This document shows, piece after piece, positions 52,026 through 64,000 of a stretch of DNA of 64,000 bases. Source of the stretch: Euglena gracilis (taxonomy: Eukaryota); the NCBI GenBank assembly GCA_039621445.1, contig CP154954.1:49021847-49085846 (forward strand), written 5' to 3'. Both the position numbers and the translations under genes were made by a program. Numbering within the stretch: the first letter of the stretch is position 1; each line of letters begins with the position of its first letter. The notes under the pieces were generated by a model. That model saw only the letters and a program-made list of their open reading frames with translations, was not told the DNA's origin and did not search any database.

Positions 52026-53340
52026 GGGGGACTGCCCCCGCCTCTGTTACACATGGTTGGGCTGGAAAACCAAAATGCCATGCAAGCCGGCCCACCCAAC
52101 TCGCCGGCCAATCCACAGTTCAGCTGGCATGGAGACAACACAAACAGGATTGTACGGGCACACCTCACAAAAAAACGCGACGCAAATAGGCTGAATTTGA
52201 CCAACCTTCTGGGGGTGTTTTCAGAGTGCCCTGGAGGGCCTCGGCAGGCAGCCCTATCCCCCCCCCCCCGGGTGGGGGTTGGTGCCTGACTGGTGGCGGG
52301 CCAAAAAGTGCCCAAAATGTGCTTTTCTGGGCTTCCGGTGCCTTCGGCGCTGGTTGGTCCTTGGCCGAGTGCTCAGGCACTTTTGGTCATGCCCCCCCCC
52401 CCCGGGGGGGGTCGGATCTGGGTGCCTTGGAGTGCCTGCCAAGCACCTATAGTTGACCCCCAGATTTTCGCCATTTTCGGCCATTTTCGGCCATTTTCGG
52501 CCATTTTCGGCCATTTTTGGCCATTTTTTCCCCCATAGGTGGGGGTTAAAGCTGCCTCAAAATTCTTTCATACCAACAATGCATTTTGATCATTCAGTCA
52601 ACATGCAAACAGTCGTGACAAGCTAACGCATCCAAGGAGGTCCGTTCGGAATGGGTGCTCAGGAATTAACGAGGTCAAAGAGTTTTTTGTTGCATGTTGT
52701 TGTATGCAAATGCAAGGTTTTGGGAATAAGGTCCTTTATTCCTGCCAGAGAGGCTCTTGTCCACTTTGATATTTTTTGCTGGGGGTTCTTGGGACGCTTC
52801 ATGAGAGTGGTTGGCACATGACATATTAACCACAATGGTGGGTGGCGACGCCAAAACTGGTGCTTTTCTCTTCAAGCCTGTTGGCGTGGATGCTTTTCAC
52901 AAACAACTTCCCCTCACCTATTCCAACTTGATACCCCAAGCAACATTGTTTGATGATGGCACTGTTAGATCCCATCCACTTGTGTGCAATAAACCTAATG
53001 CAGGAATCACCCTATATCTATATCTATATAGAATATAGATATAGATATAGATCTGTATATATGTGTGTGTGTGTGTGTGTGTATGTGTATATATATAGAT
53101 AGATAGATAGGCACTGTTAGATCCCATCCACTTGTGTGAACCTAACGCAGGAATCACACCTTTAACAGAGAAAAAAACGCTTCACATACTTTGCCTGGTT
53201 GCACCTTGTCACCACAATTTTCTGAAATGTCATCAAACCCATCTTTGGCCCAAATAACCCATTTGGTGGTGGTTCACTGAGCAGCATGTGTTCCACGGTT
53301 AGGCATAACGGCAGGAGAAGAGAGGCATGACTTCAAAGAA

Positions 53341-53424
53341 GCCTTGATGTAAAATTTCATCCGTCATGTTGAGACGATCATCCGTCTGGATATGGCGAAA
53401 TTGGGAGAAAGTGCGCTCGGCTTG
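53341..53424 (-). pseudogene. hAT transposase C-terminal remnant (catalytic Glu / dimerisation domain)
   Basis: QAERTFSQFRHIQTDDRLNMTDEILHQG matches the hAT pattern ERxFSxxxxIxTxxRxx(L/M)xxExL. Confidence 0.8.
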
Positions 53425-53466
53425 AAATGTGTGCATCTTGCCCAATACCTGGATCTTGTCAAGATG

Positions 53467-53745
53467 TTAATCTTGTCCAGTACCTGCATCCACTGCATCT
53501 TCTCCAGCATCTGCATCTTGTCCAATATCTACATCTTGTCCAGCATCTGCATTTTGTACAGCATCTGCACCTTGTCCAGTGTCGACACCTTGTCCAGTGT
53601 CTGCATCTTGCCCAGTGTCCACATCTTGTCCAGTGTCTGCATCTTGTCCAGCATCTGCATCTTGTACAGCATCTGCATCTTGTCCAGTGTCGACATCTTG
53701 TCCAGTGTCTGCATCTTGTTCAGCATCTGCATCCATTGCATTGTG
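53467..53745. repeat. 18-bp minisatellite (ATCTGCATCTTGTCCAGC-like), about 15 units
   Basis: Direct inspection; explains the 6-aa periodic ORFs in several frames. Confidence 0.9.
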
Positions 53746-54732
53746 TCCAGAATCTGCAACCACTGCATCCGCTGGTTCCCAACCTAGCAAATTTTATACT
53801 CCGCCCATCTTCTCCTTTTCCCCGACCCCAGCCCGCCCATCCCACTCCGCAACACTAGCAAATACCAGTCACAGACCCCATCTGACCCTGACCGCAAAAG
53901 GCCCCCAAAAGCAACCAAAATGACCTAAAATGGCTTCAAATAACCTAAACTTGCCCAAAAACGCCAACAATGTCACAAAAAAATTGTTAAAAATTACCCA
54001 AAATCACCAAAATGGCGCAAAATGGCCAAAAATGCCATAAAGTATGCTCATATTGACCCAATTGGCCCAATATTTGCCAAATCAGTGCAAAATATCCCCA
54101 AAATTAGCAAAAATTGACCCAAAATGGCCCAGACGGGTGTAATGCTGGAGGTTTGTGGAGAAATTATCCCAAAAAAGGGTTTAATTCTTCAAAATATACA
54201 AAAAAAATGCCAGCATCACCCTTGTCACCAAAATTTTCTGAAATGCCATCAAAACGTTCAGCTTTGGTCCAAATAACCCTTTCGGAGGTGGTTCTTTGAG
54301 CAGCATGTGTTGCAGGGCCAGGCATAATAACAAAAGCAGAGAGGCTGCACAGAGACAAGAATCAGTCGCCAGGAAAAAAGAAACTGTTAGGCAAAAGAAC
54401 TCGAAAAAAAAATTGCACCAAATTTTTTCTCATTTTCGGCCATTTTCGGCCATTTTCGGCCATTTTCGGGACCCCCACCTATAGAGCCCAAAATTTCATT
54501 TTCGGCCATTTTCGGCCATTTTCGGCCATTTTACTGTAGGTGCTTGGTGCCTACCCAGACAGGCACACCCCCGGGGGATGGGGTCGGCACCTTGAAATTC
54601 AGCCTGGACACAAAAAGAACAGGAAAAAGAGCAAAAAGAAATGCTTTTGTTTGTCCCCCCCCCATGCAGGCTGTACAGGCAGGCCTCCAACCGCGAGATA
54701 ATTGTGGAGGTCAGCGAGGCGGGGCCAGGGCG

Positions 54733-54909
54733 CCGCCGCACGCAGCGGCCCTTCAAGTAATCGAGGCACACCCGGGGCTTGTCCGCCTTGTCCTCGCGGG
54801 CCGGCGGGGATGGGGGCTTCGCTGCCTTCGCCTCAGTGAACGAGCCGCCCAGCGGCCCATCGCTGGCGATGGGGCCCATGGCGGGGTTCGAGAAGGCCGG
54901 GATGCGCAT
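54733..54909 (-). CDS. Paralogue B, exon with first half of zinc finger 1
   Basis: MRIPAFSNPAMGPIASDGPLGGSFTEAKAAKPPSPPAREDKADKPRVCLDYLKGRCVRR; synonymous changes versus A and C (GAT/GAC, TTG/CTG). Confidence 0.85.
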
Positions 54910-55054
54910 CGCTCTGAGGCGTGGGCAGGGAGGGGGGGGCGTGTGGTTCTGGAACTGGATGGGCTGGTTGGAGCCCTTTTAAGACGCACCGTGCACTTGG
55001 ACGACTTGTCCACCAGGGAATGCGGGGACCGCATTCTGGGAATTCGGGGGCAAG

Positions 55055-55674
55055 CAGGGCAGAACGGGAAGGCCTGGTGGGGGGGGTCGACCCCCCACCC
55101 ACCAGAGCATTTTCACCGATTTTGGGAAAACGGAGATTTTGGCCAGAAAATTTTTTGAATTTTCTTTGAAAAATGAACCCAAAACACATGATTTTTTGAT
55201 GGAAACGTACATTTTCCCACAAAAAAAAATCTCAAAATTTCAGGGTTAAAAATTGGCAGTTTTTAGGATGGGGGTGAAAAAAACGAAGGTCAAAAACAAT
55301 AGACCAAATTTTGGCAGAGTCAAATTTTACTGACATTTTTTCTCTTTGAAATTTTTTGGACTTTCAATGGCATTTTTGCTTCAAAAACCTCTCAAAATCA
55401 AAATGAGAAAATGTTGAATTTTTGGAAGGTGTGAAAAAATGAGGGTTTGAGGGGTTTTTGGGGGGACCTCCCATATGGGTCCCAAAATGGGTCAAAAAAC
55501 ACCCGGCACCGAAAGCGCCAGAAAAATTTTTTCGGGTCCAAAAATTGGTGCACCCGGATATACAGGAAGAGGTGGTGGGGGGGGGGGGTGGACGCCCCCC
55601 CCCCCACCCACCATGCAGGGGGTGGGGGTGGGTCGACCCCGCCCCACCGTTTGGCCGATTCCCATTCTGCCCTG
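55055..55674. mobile_element. hAT-type MITE, family B, copy 2
   Basis: Same TIR as 5230-5856; TSD GGGGCAAG / GGGACAAG. Confidence 0.9.
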
Positions 55675-56621
55675 GGGACAAGTGTAAGCTTTGAGGAATT
55701 TCCAGGGAGTACCTCTCATTCGAACATCCGACCCAGAATTTCTCCTTTTCGTCTTTTTCTGGGAAGACGATACTTCACCATTTTTGTCTTCCAAAAAAAA
55801 AATGTAAATGGTCACCTTCCACAGTTGTAAATTGCCAAATATTTGTCCCAGGGCCATCTAGTCCAGCGTGGGTCCAAAAAATGTTCATATTTCCTGGAAA
55901 AACAACCCCGCCCATGAAATATACATCTTTGATTGGGTCCTGAAGCAAACCCCTCATTGAGACAATTGCTGGTTTTCAATTTTTCAATCTTTTTGCATCT
56001 TCAACAGAACAAAATTGCTATTTCAACTTTCGGATAATTCTTCACTGTTTTTTGGGAAATCTTCATTTTCATGCTCGCTCAGGAATCTTCGTGGCAAACT
56101 GAGGATCCCTGATGGAACTTGAGCAATGCAACGTGGCAAGAAAGACGGATCTGGGAACAAGATTGTGTCCTTGGCATCGCCAGGAATTGGGCCAAGACCA
56201 CAGCGTCGGTATGCTGCATGGTTTGGCACACACCCTGGGACGCAAGGCGAGGGGACGGGGTGGGGGCGGAGGTGGGGGCATCGACACCGTCACAGGCACA
56301 CCCCTGCCGCAGCAGCAGCAGCGAGGGTGTGCCGTGAAACCGGCAGCAGGGCCGAGGGGTCCCCAGCGCCTCTCGGCAACGCCAAGGGCGTGGGAGGGGG
56401 TCGACCGGAAGGAAGGCAGGGATGAAAGCGTGTGGGCTCGGGGATAAAGGGAGGAGGAGGAGCACTTGGGCAGAAAAGGGAGGGCAGTGGGAAGGAATGG
56501 AATGGAAATGGAAAAAGACCCCCTCAGCCCCTGGGGAGGTGCCACCCGACAGGTCAGCGGGCACACAGCAGGCGGGAAAAAAAACTTCCTGCCACCAGTC
56601 TGTGCTGAGAAACACACCCAA

Positions 56622-57067
56622 CAGGGGTTTACTTCAGACACCACGGGGGGGGGGGGGGCCACGGGCCGGCTTGAAAAAGCTGCTGGCTAGGGGTGGGGTG
56701 TCTGGAGGGGGGGGGGGGGGGCCGGTCGGCCGGTTGGTTGGGAGATGGACCCGGCGGGCACCCCAAAAAAAGCCCGAAAAAGCCCAAATCCAGCTGGGTT
56801 GGCATTTTTCAGCCAAAAAATAGGAGGCAAAAACCCAAAACCGGCCTCAAATGCCATTTTTTTTGACCATTTTTGACCCATTTCCCCAAAAATTTTGGCG
56901 CTTTGCGTCGAGAAATTTTTAGGTCCACCCGACTGGTCCGAACTTTATTTCAGCGGACCCGGGGGGGGGGTCCGCAGACCGGCTGGGAGGTGCTAGCTGG
57001 AAAAAAAGGAGCTGGCTGGCTGGATCCCCCCAGGGGACGGGTCCCCTCTGGCTTAAGGAAACCCCTG
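56622..57067. mobile_element. hAT-type MITE (older)
   Basis: TIR CAGGGGTTT(A/C)CTT; TSD ACACCCAA / ATACCCAG (6/8). Confidence 0.7.
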
Positions 57068-60000
57068 ATACCCAGACAATTTTTTCATTAGAGAGGAAAT
57101 AACTGGGGGGGATCACAACAAACATTTCCCCTCTCTGGTGGATGGCCAAGGGTCAATCTGTGCAGGCTCTCAGCACAATTTGCGGCTTTAGTGCACTGAT
57201 GAGTGGCGATGTGCGGGACAGAGGGTTGGAAGGGGTGGGCAGAGGCGGATGAGACCAGCCTGAGACAGTACAGCAGTGGCCTCCAGTGATAGTTCTTTGG
57301 ATGGACATTTAACTCAGCAGAATATTCAACAACGGAGTCTTTTGTGATGTTATCGTCATCCTGTTATACCATTACTTTCATTTGATGCTTGCGTGATCTG
57401 CAACGTTCCAAGTGCAGCAACAATCTGCCCAAAATGTCCCTCGATGTACCGGGGGGGGGGGGGAATTGAAGCTAGATAAAATTAGACCCGACAAAATTGG
57501 AAGCCGAAAAAATTGGTGCCAAACCTGAAAACGGTCCGGAAAAAATTGGCAGGTTTTGTTTGCAAGATGACTGGAAAACGGGTGATTTTGAAAATTTTGA
57601 GGCCGGATTTTCAAAAAAGGCCCGGAAAAATTTGGCAGGATTTCTGTACGCCAATTTTTTCCCAATCATTTTTTTCGGCATCCAATTCCCCCCCCCCCGG
57701 TACAATGTCTGTTGGGTTTGTTCGGACTGTAAGTGGCCTTTGTGTGGTTCATTTTCCTCTCCTAAGATCGACCCCCACGGGGGGACTCTTCCCCAAACCC
57801 AAACCCACCCACCCACGACCCCCCCCCCTTGGGGATCAACCACCCAACCACCAACCCAAAGTCCACCCCAAATCGGCAGAAGATCTTGGGGGAAAAACTT
57901 TTCCAGCCCGGACTTCTGCGGGCAAAAAGTTGACCCATGGCGCACCCCCCCCAGTTGCACTGTGGATTCTTGTCTGTTTATGACCGGCGCCAACTTCGCT
58001 TCTGGCTCAGTTTGTTGTGGGGAGTAGCCAGGGACCCCTGACACTAGTGTTGCTCTGCTGGCTGGGTGACTCTGGTGTAATGCCAGTGCTCAACAGACAT
58101 ACCCTCACCTTGTGTGGTTTGCACGGGAAGGCCTGTAGAGGGAGTGGTCGGACCCCCCACCCGGGAGGTGGGGGAGGGGGGGTCGAAAAACATTGCGGTC
58201 ACCAAACCTACGAGAAACCCTGAACTGGAAAGAGAAATGGACGCCTGGTGACTCCTTGTGTCGCCTCCTTGTGCACTGGAACCTGTGTGCAGGCTCAGCC
58301 ACTGCCTAAAGAGCTCTCACACCGCAGTCTGTGCCTGTCAAAGTTTATTCGTCGGTGTCTGGATGAACTTCCAGCAGGGTGGGGGTCCCAGAACCCAGAG
58401 CTAACCCAGAGCCGGGGGGGTCCGGGGTCCCCCCAACTGGAAAAAAATTTTCCTCCGGCGCTGCGCGCCAAGGTGGAAATAAGGTTTTAATGGGTTTTTG
58501 GCTGATTTTGATCCAAAAAAAATCCCAAAAATGGCCAAAAACGGGCATTTTTTTGGCCATTTTGGGGGGTCAAAAAAAATTTCCGGCGCTTCGCGCCGGT
58601 CACTAGAAAAAAAAATTTCCACTAGCTAGCCCTGCTCCCCCCCCGGTCCGGGGGGTAATCCCTTTTGCAGAAGCCTGGTTACCACTCTCCCAAAAACCAG
58701 TCAGTCACTTTTTCTGGAATACCATTCAGTCACCCCCCCCCCCAGATCGGGGTTGGCCACTCTGGAACCCAAGGAAATTTGACCATAAACGTGGAAAAAA
58801 GGATTAAAAAAAATACGGCGCGTTGGGGCCAAAATCACATAAGTGGATTTTTGCTGACCCCCCGCCCCAGGGGAAGGGTCCGGGCCAAAAACCAGTCAAT
58901 CACCCCCCAAAAAACCAGCCACCCAACGTTGGGAGGGGGCGGTGTCAACCGCACTTTTTCCGTACTCAAATCTATGTCCCATGGTGGGGTGCTTATGATA
59001 TGGCGTGTCCATGACGCCCCCACCCCATGCCAACCACATTTTCCCCATATTTTGGTGTGTCAAAGACGGGGGGGGGGGGGTCTGGTTCGGTCCAGTTTGC
59101 TCGTGGTGCCGAACTGAGCAGCGGAGGCCACACGAGATGTGGGATAAGGCACATTGGAACCGCCGGCTTAGGCTACAGCAGACCCAACGCGCGTCGCCGG
59201 TCAAACGGACCGACAACCCCCACGCCGTCGATGGGCAAGGAGCGCCTGGCGGGGAAAGAACCGGGCACGCGCACAAAAGAAATGCTAACAACAAAAACAT
59301 GAATGGTGATTTGCTCCCATGTTCTCATGGAATTGAAATCCCTGCAATTGTCCCAAATGAGGGTTTCATAAAAGACCTAAAGATGGATGCCATTCAGGGA
59401 GTTGTTCATTTTTTAAGACCTGGGGGGTACACGGCCGGCTGGAAAAAGGTGCTGGCTGGACCCCCTGGGTGGGGACCACGGACCCCTTTGCGAGAACTAA
59501 AAAGCACCCTTTTCGGTCTTTTTTGCACTTTTGCAAAAAGCTTCTTCGGTCTTTTGGCACTTTTTTCGGTTTTTTTTGCACTTTTTCGCAAAAAAATGGC
59601 ATTTTCGGAGACCACGTGGTCCACAAAATCCATTTTTGTTCATTTATTGTCATGAATTCTGGTCTTTTAACCACACTTTTGGGGATCGAAAACCGGGGTC
59701 GGTGGCCCAAAATTGGGTCTGTATTATTTTTTCAGTTGAAATCGGACAAAAAGGGGACAAAAAGCAAAAATATTCCAAAATCCAGCTGGACGCAATTTTG
59801 AGTCAGAAACAATTTTTGGGGGTGAACCTCCTCTAAAAACTGGCAAAAACGTCCATTTTTAACAATTTGTACCCTTTTCAAAAATTTTGATTTGGACTTT
59901 GTGCCAATTTTCTTTTCCCGGTCCAGGTGGTGGTCCCGGTGATCTGCTCATGTGGCCCCCACCTCCGGGTTCCCGGCCACATGATTGTGGAAGAATTCGA

Positions 60001-60115
60001 TCTGAGGCAAAACGATGACTTTGGCCACTTTTGGTGCTGCCACTTTTGGCCACATTTGCCCACTTTTGCAACTAAATCCAGTCTGGTCCAGCACGGTTTT
60101 CCAGCCAGCCTGCTG

Positions 60116-60569
60116 CAGGGGGGGGGGGAAAATGCAACTGGGCCCTTCAAATTATGCAAGTCAAAAAAATGCAAAAAAATGCAAAAAAATGCAAAAAAAT
60201 GCAAAAAAATGCAACTTGCATGAAAAACCTGAGAAAAAGCTGGAATATAACAGAGCTTTGCTGCCTAAGATCAAAAAAAATTTCCAGGGCAAAATATTTT
60301 ATGCAAAAAAAATGCAAAAAAATGCAAAAAAATCCATAAATATGGCAACCAACAACAAAATTTTTTTCCAGGGCAAAATATTTTATGTAGAAAATGCAAA
60401 AATATGCAAAAAAATTCAAAACATATGGCAACCAACTACAAAAAATTTTTCCGGGGAAAATATTTTATGCAAAAAAATGCAAAAAAATGCAAAAAAATGC
60501 AAATTTCGGGAAAAGCCGATTATGCAAAAAAATGCAAATTATGCAAGTTGCATTTTTCCCCCCCCCCTG
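60116..60569. mobile_element. hAT-type MITE with internal (AAAAAATGC)n repeats
   Basis: TIR CAGG(n)AAAATGCAACT; CCTGCTG duplicated on both sides (7 clear bp). Confidence 0.8.
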
Positions 60570-63184
60570 CCTGCTGGACCCCCCAAGGGGTCTGAAAAGA
60601 ATGCATGTTATGCAGGTCTTTGCGTTTTTTGGTGGCATTTCTTCAAAGGCTTCACAACTGTTCCTCGTTCACGACCAAGATGAAGTGCGACCCCCCCCCC
60701 TGCGCCCCCAACACCCCCAGAAGTGGCCAAAAGCAGTTAAAGGGAGCAAAAAGCAGCTAAAAATCAGACCAACTGACCAACCACGCTGAAATAACCCTCC
60801 AGTGTTTTTTGTGCATTGTTTTTTTACAAAATTTTCTTTCTCCAAGGCTGCGGGGAGGCATTGGGGAAAAAATTTGACAGAATTACAAAAGTGGCCAAAA
60901 TGGCTTGAAAGTGGCAAAATGTGGGGGAAATTGGCCAAAAGCAGCCAAAAAAAAGGCTTAACGTGGGCAAAAGTGGGAAATTATGGACAAAGTTTGGCAA
61001 TGCTTCCAACAAGTCACACATGGCTTCTGAGGTGCAGGCAAATATTTTTGGGTGGGCGCTTCCACAGCCCCGCTGGTGCAGGGAATCCTTTTTTTTAAAA
61101 AAAAGTCGTGCCGGTGCAAGAATTAATGATTCATTGTTGCATTCCCTTCTTTCACCAATTTCCAAAAGCGGGGGGGTCGCGGGGGGGTCGCGGGGGGAAA
61201 CGGGTTTTGCGGCAGGTCATGCATGACTTATGTGACGTCATTCTTTCCTCTACTTTTAGATCCCAATTTGGAATTTGCGTGCCATTTGGGTCCAAAAGTA
61301 GGTCCAATTAGGAATTTGGGACGAGTTTCTCGCACTTTTGATTCCTAATTGAGTGGCAGATTCCCATCCGCCCGCCCCTTGTCGTACGACCGGGTTCCTG
61401 CAACCTGTGACCGGGGGGGGGGTCGTAACACCCCAATAACCTGCAACCTGTGACCGGGGGTAAATGAGGGGTGGTCGTAGGGGGCGGGCAATTAATATAA
61501 ATTTTTTGTACTTTTTGGAATCTCGAATCGGTTTCAGAGTGGGGGCGCGGGGGGGGGGGGGTTGCGGAGGGGTCGCGGGGGGAACACCCCCTCTGTTGAC
61601 TGTTGGTGACTTTTTGGGGGGCGAGAGTGGGCAAAACTGGCCAAAACTGGACAAATGCAGTGAAAAGTGGCCACCACTCCCCCTGAGTGTTCAGCATTGG
61701 CCTCCCAGCAAGAGTCCCAAACATGGCCAATTGTGGTTTTACATTGGGAAGTTTGCAAAAATGGCCAACTGTGGCCAAAATTTGCCGTGTTGGGGGGGGG
61801 AGCAAGGTATTACAATGACAGATAATAAAAACAGAAAAATAACACTTCCGACACATAGCTTTTGGGGTAAAAAGCCACACCACACTTTGCTCTTTCTTCC
61901 CAAAACTGAAACCTGTCTTCACACATCATCCCCACTGCAGACAACCATCCCATTCTGCAACATCACAACTGCCTTCTGTGGCATCAACATTGCATCTCTG
62001 ATAATGCAATTCAATCAAGATATTTATTTCAACCAGCTGCTCGTCAATGCCAAGCTTCTCTTGATCTCAAAATCAATCAAATGAATTCTCTGTGGAAAAA
62101 GCAGGAAAACTTGACAACTTTTTGGTTGTTGTTTATTTACTGATGGCATTCCATTGCTGTACAAAAAGCACAAAAAAAAGCAAGGATCCAGGAAAATCAT
62201 TAATTACCAATTAGAAGAGTCCTTTTGGACAATTTTCTCCATCCTTTTGTCCGCAATCTATAAAACTTCAAAACTAAAAACATAAAGTCTTTGTGTGGAC
62301 AATTTTCTCCATCCTTTTGTCCGCAATCTATTCTTCCAAGAAATTTTGTTGTGTTGTCATGCGCCACACATTAGCCTTGAAGAGTTGGGAGTTTTTGGAG
62401 AATTTGTTTTTTCCTTCATTGTGACAGTTTCTCGAACTTCCATTTTTTGAGTTTATTTTTTTCGTATTTCGATCACAAACCCCAGGAATTTTGCCAGGTG
62501 TTTGGAACCCCTCCGGCAACAAATCCCAACAAAGTCCGACAAATCCCAACGAATCCTGGAAGGCGCCCCCCCCATCAGCTTTCCGAAGGATTGAGGGAGT
62601 GGAATAGCTCAGAGGGGAATGTAGCTCATGCACATCAGTTTGCCGGTGGATGTTACTCAAAATCCCTGCCACACTTCTTTCCTTCCATTCTGCCAGACAT
62701 TCCCTGGACACATACCGATACAAGGAAGCACTGGGTATGTGAGGCCAGTGGAAAGGGACCGACAAGACACTGATGCCCAGAAATGTGTGAACCACATGCC
62801 GATTCGTGTCCCGTTCCCTCCACCCCAACACCACATCCGTGCTCTCACCCAGGTGCATGCCACATGTGCACAAAATCCGTGTACAAATCTTGGGAGAGTC
62901 TTTTCAGAAATCAAACGGAGAAACAATCCGCCGCCATTGACCTTTTTTCAGGTGAGGTTGGCCCCCAAATTTCCTGGAGAAGAGTTGGTGGATTTTGAGC
63001 GTTGTGTTCAGTATTGTTAGCGGCGACGATACATTTATTATTCCTTGAGTCTACACAGGCAAGCAAATGTATTTTCAAACAAAGAGGAGGGAGGAGCGGG
63101 TTGTGTGAGTAAGACACCACACAGACGGTCTTCAAACAACCGTCGCCATTCCCCAGGCAGAACTCTCAGGGTTCAGTAGCTGGG

Positions 63185-63226
63185 GACGTTCAGGGCCCGC
63201 AGCAGGTCCAGCAGGGGGTGCGGGGC
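63185..63226 (-). CDS. Paralogue D, 3' part of the LLDML exon
   Basis: APHPLLDLLRALNV. Confidence 0.8.
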
Positions 63227-63731
63227 TTCTGCAGGCTTCTTTTTACCAACCCCCACCGGGGGGGAGGAGGGTGCCTTGTGCCAAGGGGTTCCTGCCCACA
63301 ACAGGCGGGTCGGTTTTGGAGCCCAGCAGTGCCTGTGACCAAGCAAATGTTCCCACAAAAAAAAATCCCTTAAAATTGCCATTTTCGGGCCCCGACACCT
63401 GCGTCACCGGGGGGGGGGGGGAGGTGCTTTAGCACTACCCACCCCAAAAACCCGACCCCCCAGGGCGGGTCGAAAATGCCCAACCCCCCTGCCTGTTACA
63501 GCATCCACCTGAGGGGGGCAAAACTCCTTACCTCCCCCCCCCCTTGTCGTTGACACGCCAATGTTCCACGAGAGTGTCGTTGACACGGGGGGTGTGTGTC
63601 AACGACACGCCATGTCAATGTCACTGAGATTCAATAGGTAGTGTTCCAGGAAAGTGTCGTTGACACGGAGGGTGTGTCAACGACACGCCGTGTCAACGAC
63701 AAGGGGGGGGGAGGTAACAAGAGGCCTGGGT
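63227..63731 (-). other. Putative non-conventional intron formed by a hAT MITE (505 nt), private to paralogue D
   Basis: GAG|ACC CAGGCCTCTTGTTA ... TAAAAAGAAGCCTG CAGAA|GCC. CAG at +4..+6 and CTG at -8..-6; TIR 12/14; TSD CAGAGACC / CAGAAGCC. Removal restores collinearity with A and B. Confidence 0.88.
63531..63714. mobile_element. TA-flanked MITE nested at the inner edge of the intron TIR
   Basis: TA|CCTC(n)TTGTCGTTGACACG ... TGTCAACGACAAG(n)AGG|TA; relative at ~25940-26077. Confidence 0.85.
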
Positions 63732-63830
63732 CTCTGGTTCGGCGGAGGGGAAGGGGTCTGCGGGGGACGGCAGGGCACAGCCCCGGAGGGCGTCGCGGGC
63801 TTGGCGGCAGCGACCCCCGTGTCCAGGGCG
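63732..63830 (-). CDS. Paralogue D, 5' part of the LLDML exon
   Basis: GHGGRCRQARDALRGCALPSPADPFPSAEPE. Confidence 0.8.
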
Positions 63831-64000
63831 GTCCTTAAGCAAATAAAAAAAAAAACTCCGCTGTCCCAACACACTCAGTGAAAAATATACCGGAAAATAG
63901 GCAAGAAATTTTGGCATTTTTCAGCGAGGACAGGTCGACATCAGGAAAAAAAATGATTCCTGGCACCCTTGGACCATCGTCCATTCACCCAAATCATCAA

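Larger units (their letters stand above)
52440..54546. mobile_element. 2.1-kb hAT deletion-derivative-like element
   Basis: TIR CAAGCACCTA(T/C)AG; TSD GTGCCTGC / GTGCCTAC; subterminal (CCATTTTCGG)n arrays; splits a repeat seen intact at ~29650-29708. Confidence 0.88.
52026..54732 (-). other. Shared non-GT-AG intron in zinc finger 1, paralogue B (2707 nt, expanded by nested elements)
   Basis: Ends CTGGCCCCGCCTC / GAGGCGGGGGCAG; same position as in A and C. Confidence 0.75.

Noticed and set aside
53392-53923. Repeat-protein ORFs (QHLHLV, DADTGQ, MQMLDK)
   Set aside because: Open in several frames on both strands because of an 18-bp minisatellite; nothing selects one frame.

Overview
Eukaryotic, extremely repeat-dense genomic DNA with long G/C homopolymer tracts. 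It is most consistent with a euglenid nuclear genome (inferred from intron geometry and TTAGGG repeats). Most ORFs in the track are noise from repeats. What can be supported: (1) a minus-strand tandem family of about 3 complete plus 1 partial paralogues, sharing a CCCH-CCCH zinc-finger module and a conserved '...PLLDMLRALNV' exon; (2) two kinesin motor-domain exons at 3.3 and 6.1 kb; (3) a dynamin P-loop fragment inside an intron; (4) dozens of non-autonomous DNA transposons, many nested: CAG/CAA-ended elements with 8-bp target-site duplications (hAT type) and TA-flanked poly-C/G-ended elements; (5) a hAT transposase C-terminal remnant (AERTFS). Main finding: three non-GT-AG insertions are each present in only one paralogue. 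Each has terminal inverted repeats (TIRs) inside a recognisable 8-bp TSD. The euglenid non-conventional intron geometry (TIR starts at +4, ends at -6) removes 3+5=8 nt of flank and restores the uninterrupted paralogue's reading frame exactly. hAT MITEs therefore appear to act as generators of non-conventional introns. Splicing is inferred from paralogue comparison, not from transcripts.
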